Below the pieces are notes generated by a model. That model saw only the letters and a program-made list of their open reading frames with translations, was not told the DNA's origin and ran no database searches. Below, piece after piece: positions 46,532 to 54,594 of a stretch of 54,594 nt of DNA. Every line of letters starts with the position of its first letter. Positions within the stretch are counted from its first letter, which is position 1. The position numbers were made by a program, and so were the translations under genes. This DNA is from Macrostomum lignano (lineage: Eukaryota). Location of the stretch: NCBI GenBank assembly GCA_002269645.1, contig NIVC01000999.1:1-54594 (forward strand). Reading direction: 5' to 3'.

Positions 46532-48784
46532 TTTGACTTACTTGACTTAAGCTGTAGGGGGCTCCGTGCGTCCGGAAACAGCGAGGAGGCGTTGCCGCCC
46601 ATTTCGCTAGCCCCTGGCGACCACGGGCAGCTAGTGCTGCGGTGTCGCGCAGGGAGTTCCGGTGGTGCCGGTGTCCGCAGCGCGGTCTCCCTCCGGAGAG
46701 TCCAGGAGGTGGATTGTCGCTCGCCCGGTAGCCCTTAGGTAGCGGACGAGCTGGCAGAGATTCTCGGGCCTGAAAACGTCGGAGAGGTCCGGGTTTGGGC
46801 CGAGGTAGGTGAGCCTGTCCTGAGTAAAGGCGGGGCATTCACAGATGAAGTGCTCCGCATTCTTGACACCGGAGAGGCAGAATGGGCATTCCTCACTGCG
46901 GATTTTTCCCTGGAGTTGACGATGCCTGGCAAAGCAGCCATGACTAAATTCCAGAGGATCGGGCTGAGGACTCCACCTTGCGGTCCGTCTTTCTGGACTT
47001 CCACGGAGCGTGAGTGTCCCAGAAGGTGCGAGGTGGCAGTACGATGGGAGACCATGTACATGATCCAGCGAGTGAGGTGCTCGTGCGTGCCCGGGATTCC
47101 AGGGCCCGCTTAAAGGCTTTAAAGAGCACATTATTGAAAGCACCATCAATGTCGAGGAAAAGCGACAGTGCGTATCCACAGCCAAGCACGGCGCGCTCCA
47201 GCTTGTCGACAATGGGGTGCAGCGCACTTTCGATGGAGAGTCCAGGACGAAAGGCGTGCTTATTTGGGGAGAGCGGGGAGTTCCTCAGCTTTTCCTCAGC
47301 CAGAGCACCAGCTGTTCCATCAGTTTGAGGAAGAAAGACGTCAGACTGATAGGGCGGTAAGCTTTGGCAGAGTGATAGTCTCCCTTTCCTGGCTTGGGTA
47401 TGAAGACTACCGTAGCCTCTTGCCAGGCTTTTGGCACATACCCGAGGGTAATGCTGGCCTTGAAGAGGTTGCAGAGGAGGCCGAGAAACCTGTCATTTTT
47501 AACTGCCTCATGGAGGAAGGCAGGATAAATGTTGTCAGGTCCCTGTGACTTGAAAGGAGACTTCCCGGTCTCTCTAGTAATGATAGCCGTCCCCTCCAAC
47601 CTGCGCCAGATAAGGTCGAACTGTTCGGCCGTAAGAGGCGTCTCCTGGCCTTGGATAACCAGGGCCGGCTGCCTCTTGGCCATAGCCGCGTAGGTGCGCT
47701 TCGGCTTGGTGGTTTGGCCAGCACCCCCCGCTTTGGATCTCTCCACAGCCGTGGAGCTTCCACACGGGCAGAGGTCCAGTCACGGGAGGGGCCAGCCGCA
47801 CCAGGAGCTTCGGCGGCACCTGATGCATCTGACCGGCGCGCGGGGTCCACCCCCTTGTCGGATGTCGGCTCCTCCGCGGGGTTCGCAGAGTTACCGGCAC
47901 CCTCCTCGGAGGTGGCCGGAGGGGCGGCTTTCGCATTCCTCCGTTCCTCCACTTTGCGCTGGAGAAACTCTTTGTAGCGAGCAATGCTACGGGCCTTCTT
48001 TTTAGAAATCTGAGGTCTGCTGTCCTGTTGTCCAGCCACTCCGGTGTTGTCCTGAGCGGCGGCAGCGGCAGACTGAGAGGTACCGGAGGTTCCGGTGTTG
48101 TGAATGTCCGGCTGGGCCGCGGTACCAACCTCGGTTGGTGCTCCAGCAGCCTCGGACGTGTTGGATGTAAATGAATACTCCATGAGTCGCTGAAAGACGA
48201 ATGGGGACTAGAGGTGAGAAGATGCTGGGCCGTAACCCCAAACCCACCGGCAGGCCAAGAGGTAGCGACCGGGGGGTGGCTTAAGCCCTTACCGGCCCGA
48301 CCGCTAGCAACCGAGAAACTCCCCGGCGAAGAGCCCGGCTTGGAAAAACCAGAGGCCGAACCAAAGGACCATCAGCACGGTACTAAACTGGGCCCTTGAG
48401 GGAAGCAGGAGGACTGCCTCCGGAGCCTGCGAACTGGTCGCATACCCTGTTAAGGTCAGAGGGTGATACCTGTTCCTCAGAGCGGTGGCCAGAGGTACCT
48501 GATACGCACAGGTTCACTTCTGGGCGAAGCCCATACCCAACTTGGCCTACTGGCCACCGATGGGTTGCCGCCGCCAGAGCCCAGTCAGTCCAGCAGCCCT
48601 AGAGCTGCCTTGTACACATGCGGGGCGTGAACCCCTGGGTCGACTTGTGAGTCAGCTTGGAGAGAGTTCTCCTGCCATTCCTGCACCAGAATAGAGGGGG
48701 TGCAGGTGTGTAGGATCGCAGACCTTAGCTCGTAGGCCTGGTCTGTCTCCTGCTACACAAACGTGCTGAACCCACCTTGCATGC
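46532..48784 (-). mobile_element. Internally deleted non-LTR retrotransposon (LOA/R1-like), 2253 bp, 12-bp TSD GGCCAGGATCAC
   Basis: TSD at 46520-46531 and 48785-48796; ~600-bp 5' UTR; ORF1 from 48183; RT N-part ([51 protein letters not shown]); C-terminal CCHC CPFC...HFICEC; 3' tail TTAAGTCAAGTAAGTCAAA; no endonuclease or YADD seen. Confidence 0.9.
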
Positions 48785-49309
48785 GGCCAGGATCACCAAT
48801 AACCCGGCCTTCATCGCAGCCTTTCCGCTGATGCTCTGAAATTTGAACGGAAAGTACAGGCTTAGAGTCCTGTCAGTCACCATTAGCAGAAACACTGCAG
48901 TCGATGTTAGGTGGCACAGGTGCTCAAAATATTTTGGCAAATCTACACTGCACGTCTCCGTCGTTAAGATGTACATAACCGACGGATCCGTTGGTTAACC
49001 AGGGTAGACCCTTGGCCAAGAACATCCACATGAAGCCGTTCACGATGATGTTGCAGCTGTCTGTGACCGCAATTATGCTGATGTACACATTCTGTCGAGT
49101 CCACGACTGTTTGACCAGGTTGATGTGTACAATAAGAGCGTTGAACACGAGACCGGAGACAATGAAAACAGGCAGAATCAGTCCCGTGATGGCGCCAAGG
49201 ACGGTGTTGACAGTGCAAGTCGCTGTTCGGTTTGATCCCCACTTTGACGATCCGAGACTATATAGTCGATAGAGTCCGAAAACATATAGTTGACAGCGCT
49301 TGGTGTCAC

Positions 49310-52300
49310 TGTTGTGAATGTGTGCGAGGAGTGCGAGTCTACCGGACTCTCATGAAGTCTCCAGATAAAGCTCCAGCGACAATTTCAGCCCACTGTCAGC
49401 GTGTATGCCAAGCGCCATGACTTCCGGAAGTGCGTACAGCGGAGCGGCGAAGGCGTGCACGCATTCGTGGCAAACTTGCGCCATGCCGCCAGCGACTGTG
49501 AGTTCCAGAGCCTTCACGACGCCTTCATCCTGGACCAGCTGATCTTTGGCACTCATCAGCGAAGGTGCGCGAACGCCTCCCGCTAGAGCAATAGCTCACC
49601 CTGGACGGAGCAATTAAAATTACCGCCCAGGTGGAAAAAGCTGTCCAGAGTGAGATGTACTTGACCGGCAAGAATGCAGCTGACGACGGCATCAGGAAGA
49701 TCAACGCCAAGAGAGCTCCAATGGGCATCAGAGGCCAGGCAGCGTGACCATCGCAGGAGCCCTGCTGCTCGCACTGCGGTAAGTCGGGCCACCGCACAGA
49801 CAGCGACCCGCGCTCCGCTGCCCGTGGCAAAGCGTGTGAGAAATGCATGAAGCTCAACCACTTCGCGAGTGTGCGCAAGAGCAGCACCACGGCACCGTAT
49901 TCGTCTCGGAAGAAGGTTCAAGGCGTCGTCTTCGACAGCTCCGCAGGGCTCCGCTCAGCAAAGCATCTTCGCCTTCAGCACGGACAAGAAAGGCGAGTAC
50001 AAGAGAGCCAGCGTCAGGATCAACGGGTTCAGCATTCCGCTGTTGGTGGACACAGCTGCCAAGGTCTCCATCATCAACATGCAGACCTGCCGGAAGCTTT
50101 TCGGCTCGAAGGTCCCCCTGCGATCGTCTGGGAGACACCTCGTGTCGTACAACGGCTCCAGCATCAGCGTCGCCGGCGAGGTTGACGCCACGGTCGAGTT
50201 CGACTGCGTCCAGCTCCCATCGTTCACCTTCACCGTCGTCATGGAATCGACCTGATGGACAAGCTGAACTGCAAAGTTCTCGGGCCTTCCGGACATCAGA
50301 TTGCTGCGGTCGAGTCCGAGGAGCCTTTGACCACGTCGATGCCCGAATGGATTCCAGCTAAGTCCACGCCCTGGGCACCGGACTTGGTGAGATCAAAGGG
50401 TTCTGCCACCGTCCAAGAGTTGACCCAAATGTGCCGCCCGTAGCTCAGCGTCTGGGCCGACTGCCTCTAGCGCTGCGCCAGGAGTGCGACAGCGAGATTC
50501 AGCGCTGGGAGGAAGAAGGCATCATCGAGCGAGTCCTACGTCACCTGTGCCCGCAAGGCCGATGGGAAGCTGCGCCTCTGCGTTGATCTGCGAAGGGTCA
50601 GCAAGGCGATCATCCCCGACTCGATGTCACTGCCTACCTTCGCCGACCTGGTGACCGAATTCAACAATTCAAAGTTTTTTCTCACGGATCGACCTCAACC
50701 AGTCGTATCTACAGCTGCCTCTGCACGATGACGCCAAGAATCTGACCTGCTTCAACACTGAATCCGTCCTCTACCGATTCAGACGGATGCCGTTCGGCAT
50801 CAGCTCGGCTCCGGCGGCCTTCCAGAAGGTCGTCGGCAAGATCCTCCAAGGCATCAGAGGCGTTGTTCACTATCAAGACGACATTGCCGTTCACGCCGCT
50901 ACGGAAGCCGAGCACGAAAGTCGCGTACTTTAGGTACTGGACAAGCTGCTGCAGCATCGAGTAACCGTCAACCTCAAGAAGTGCACCTTCAAGGCGTCGG
51001 AGATCGAGTTCGACGGACACCGCGTCAGCGCAGCGGAAATTCAACCCTTCCAGTCGCACACCGAGTCCGTATCAAAACTCAAGGCACCCACCAATACGTC
51101 AGAGTTAGCTTCATTCCTCGGCTTTGCAAAGTTCTTCGAGTTCTACATCAAGAACCTGTCTCACGTCGCCGGGTCGCTGACAGTGCTCCTGCGCAAGGAC
51201 ACGCCATGGAACTGGGACGCAAAATGCGAGGCAGCCTTCAGTGAGGTGAAGCGGCTCATCTCATCAGCACCGTGCCTGAAGTTCTTCGACCAAGATCACG
51301 AGACCGTCGTCTCCTGCGACAGCAGTGACGTCGCCCTGGGCGCAAACCTGAGCCAAGTCGACGATCATGGACAGCTGCGGCCAGTAGCCTTCGCGTCGCA
51401 AGCCCTGTCCGACACTGAGCGCCGCTACTCTGCGTCAGAGAAGGAGGCCTTAGCCTGCGTCTGGAGCTGCGAGCATTGGCACCTGCTGCTGTACAATCAA
51501 AAGTTTAAGCTGCTCACCGACTATCAAGCGCTGACGACCCTGCTGTCACCTCGAGGATTCGGCCAACGACCTCTTCGACTTCAGCGCTGGTGCGAGCGAC
51601 TCTTTGTCTACGACTTCAACATCGAGTACGTCCCCGGCAAGCTCAAGTTCCAGCCCGACTTTCTGTCTCGCTACGGCTACGACGGCAAGAGCGCAGCCAA
51701 CGAGTCCAACGAACAGCACCAGAGCGAGTCCGACATCAACGTGGTGCTGGCCAGAAGCGCTGAGCCGCCGTCACTCAACTGGCCGATGAAACCAAGTGCG
51801 ACAACCAACTGCAGCGAGTCATCGGGTTCCTCATAAACGGATGGCCAACCGAGGCTCTAGCCGACTTGAAGGGCTTCCACCAGGTGCACCACGAGCTCTT
51901 CCTGTGGAACGATGGTTGCTGCCTGGCGAGAGGCAGCCGAGCTGTCATCCCGACTGAGCTCCGCGACCTTGTGCTAGCAGAGGCGCATCAAGGACGTCTC
52001 AGTGTCGCCAAGGTCAAGGCGCGGTGCCTCGATACAGTCTGGTGGCCCTGCATCGACAGCGACGTGGAGGCCTTCGTGCAGAACTGCAGCGCCTGCGTCC
52101 TGTCCGAGAAGGAGTTCAAGCCGATCAATATCCCATGGTCAGCGACGGAGCTACCGGTGGGTCCATGGCGGCAGCTGCAAGTCGATATCGTCGAAGAGCT
52201 GCCGGAAGCCGATGTGCAGTCCCATCGATTTTTCATCGTAGTCCACGATCTCTACTCCAAGTGGCCTGAGATTATCGCATCTTCATCCGTGACTTCCGCT

Positions 52301-53366
52301 GTCGTTATCGAAGCCCTTCGCAGCCTGTTCGTTCGCTTGGGGCTTCCAGACGAAATTACCACGGACAACAGACCTCAGTTTGTGTCGACCGAGTTCAAGG
52401 ACATTCTCAACTCGCTCGGCATCAAGCACCGTCGCACTCCGTTCTACTGCCCACAGCAGAATGGAGGAGTCGAGAGGTTTAACGGCTTCATCAAGACCTC
52501 ACTGCGGGCACTTCTCGCCGACGGCGTGCTGGTAAAGCAGGCGGTTCAGGAGCTTCTGCTCACGTATCGGTCATCTAAACACGCGCTGACCAAGAAGTCT
52601 CCGGCTGAACTGATGCTGGGACAGAAGCTCCGCCTGCCTCTCGATCATCTTCAACCAGCAAGCAACGAGTCAACGACGGACAAGGAGCTGCGGCGCAGCG
52701 TCATGGAGCGACAGCAGCAGGCCAAGAGCCACCGCTAGATGCGCAAGCGAACAGCCGCTGAAGACGCAGCGCTGACTATCAGGAGCTGCGTCCGCGTCCG
52801 CCGGCCGAGGCGCGGAAAGCTCAGCAGCTGCGTCTCCGAGCCACAGACAGTTGTCAGTCACGAGGGCAACACAATCACTCTGACCAATAGCAGCCGCTGG
52901 CACATCAGCCGCTGCATCCTGGATGACCATCACGGCTGGGGTGATGGGGCTGACAATACCGAGGTTCCGCAACCGCCGGACGGTGGGCAACCAGAGGCGG
53001 CGCCAACGCCACCGCTGCGCCGTTCTGAGAGACTTCGCGCACCGCCTCAATTCGTTTGACGTTGTGACTCTGACTTGACTAACTGACTGCTCATGTACAG
53101 AAAACTGTTCCATTGACATTGCTTGCTTTAATGCGTCGGCTTATCCCACCCGTAAGCCGTTGAACCTCTTTGCAAGGGGGTGATGTTGTGAATGTGCATG
53201 CTCAATGATATTATGTAATGTATGCACACTGATGTACATCTAGCTCGTATCAATCAGAATATATAAATATATATATATGACTAGGCTCACTACTGAGAGC
53301 TACCTCTCCTCTCTCTCCTTCGTCTCAAGTGAAGTGATTTTATTCATTTGGCCAGCGGCCACAACA
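49310..53366 (+). mobile_element. Degenerate Ty3/Gypsy LTR retrotransposon; 5' LTR reduced to 13 bp; TSD GTCAC/GTCGC
   Basis: Order gag (zinc knuckles ~49770-49870), protease LVDTAA (49869-50255), RT with YQDD (~50530-51180), RNase H CDSS...EKEALA (51183-51836), integrase HHCC-like region + D,D35E (51866-52738); polypurine tract at ~53173-53183; many frameshifts and stops. Confidence 0.95.
53184..53366 (+). repeat. 3' LTR of the Gypsy element (183 bp)
   Basis: TGTTGTG...CACAACA inverted termini; first 13 bp identical to 49310-49322. Confidence 0.88.
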
Positions 53367-54182
53367 GTCGCGTTACTCATGACTGCTTCGAGCAAGAATT
53401 AGCAGAGCTTGTGGCACATTCATTCATCGAAAAGAATGTGGTAGTGGTCGTACTTCTACTCTCCGTAAAATCTCACTAATGCCACCAGCTGTTGTAGGGG
53501 TGCTGCTTCTCCCTCTATAAATATCCGAAAAAGATGCCACCAATGTTATCCTATGGCTCTTAATATTCCCATTACTTATGTACTTTACTGATATTTCATC
53601 TATTACTGATAGCGTATGCACTTCTGTTGGTAGCGTGTACACTTCTATACTGGTCTACTGGCACTAAACCCTACTTCTATACTTCTATTCTACTCCTATA
53701 AAGGGTTCTTCTCTCAGTCCTGGGCGTTCCCGGGATCAGAGGGTCACAGCTCAATTGCTGGCTATTCTGCCCTGAGGCGGGTCTCTCAGACTCTGAGTCT
53801 TGTTTATTCTACCTTTTGGTAGGTGTTCTGCCTTCTAGGGCGATTTCCCAGATTCTAAATCTGGGAGTCCTCGTTCTCTAAGAATGGATTGAATTCTCCA
53901 AATTCTGGGGTGGTTTCTAAATCGCTATCTACTACTCAAAAATAAGTAACGCGAGAACAAATCCTGAGCCTGATTGATTTTGTCTCCAAATAGAGTGACT
54001 GGAGCAAATGAAACAATGCTTTAAGCGAGTCGAACGAAGGAAAGAGGGAGGTTTCAGTTTTGTTGGGCCTTCGGTTGGCTTCCTTTTATAGAGACAATTT
54101 CCCTACTTATTTAAAACAAACGGTGATACACATAATATATAAAATATATAAAATATAGGAATCATCGCCCCAAGAATGGTAA

Positions 54183-54301
54183 CCCGCCCAATTTTCGCGT
54201 GCTAATGGTGCGTGCAACACTGGGAGATTTCCGTTCGCCAGCTTACATTTTTTACGTATCCGGATCAGTCTTCTTAACTCGATGAAAGCTGAGTGGTTCG
54301 A
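54183..54301. promoter_or_regulatory. Conserved upstream non-coding block of GPCR copy 2
   Basis: CCCGCCCAATTTT...GGTGCGTGCAACACTGGG.GATTTCC...CTTAACTC...AAAGCTGAGTGGTTCGA shared with 38713-38832. Confidence 0.55.
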
Positions 54302-54594
54302 GCAAAACTGCCAGATATTTCAACGCGTCTTTGGTTCAATCTATGTCAAATTATATCAAATTATCAGTAGTTCCTTTTTGGAATTTTTGACTTCAAAACC
54401 GGTAGCAAATCGGGAAGAATCTCCTTGAGAATGAGAAAAAAAAACTGATTGGCGTCAGCTCCACGAGTGCTTACAAAATTTGATTGGGATTTTTGTTGAG
54501 TTTTCGCGATGCCGATTTTTGAAGTCCAGGAAGTGAGTTTTAAAGTTAGGAGTTGTGAGAAAGAGAAAGGCCCAGCATACTGTTCTGTTCACAG

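Larger units (their letters stand above)
45991..53380 (-). pseudogene. Second GPCR copy, pseudogene in three pieces: 53380-53367, 49309-48785 and 46531-45991
   Basis: High identity to 38522-37434; 1-nt deletion near 49234, 1-nt insertion near 48932, 15-nt and 14-nt deletions in the 3' part; interrupted by Gypsy and LINE insertions. Confidence 0.92.

Noticed and set aside
48360-48480. HDV-like ribozyme around GCAGTCCTCCTGC (minus strand)
   Set aside because: A P3/L3-like hairpin is present but P1 has a mismatch and no J4/2 or P2 could be assigned

Overview
Eukaryotic (animal) genomic DNA, not prokaryotic. GC-rich exons, introns filled with mini- and microsatellites and a flatworm-type orphan GPCR suggest a flatworm such as Macrostomum (inference). 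The main feature is a complete 26-exon minus-strand cadherin gene (35007->11077, ~2483 aa) that I assembled by hand from GT-AG junctions: signal peptide, 20 cadherin (EC) repeats, a MAD/SEA-like juxtamembrane domain, one TM helix and a short tail ending in LDF. There are no EGF or LamG domains. All junction phases fit, and every exon length fits its phases except exon 3, which is one base short (near 33812). At least 19 of its 25 introns hold a tandem array, nearly all with different units. Intron 15 holds an antisense two-exon secreted PAN-like + fibrinogen-domain gene. Introns 9 and 14 share a duplicated element, and intron 9 also has a tRNA-derived SINE. Left of the cadherin are the last exons of an Ig-domain gene, a frameshifted C-type-lectin/TM gene and an orphan TM exon pair. 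Right of it are an intact single-exon class A GPCR (38522->37434), a small poly-Q TM gene, a 373-bp foldback MITE with an 8-bp TSD, a SAP-domain gag-like remnant, and a second, pseudogenised GPCR copy. That copy is split by an internally deleted LOA/R1-like LINE (12-bp TSD) and a degenerate Gypsy LTR element (5-bp TSD). Most long ORFs in the supplied track are artefacts of tandem repeats. No CRISPR, rRNA or true tRNA gene was found. All domain and family calls are by motif recognition only; no database search was run.
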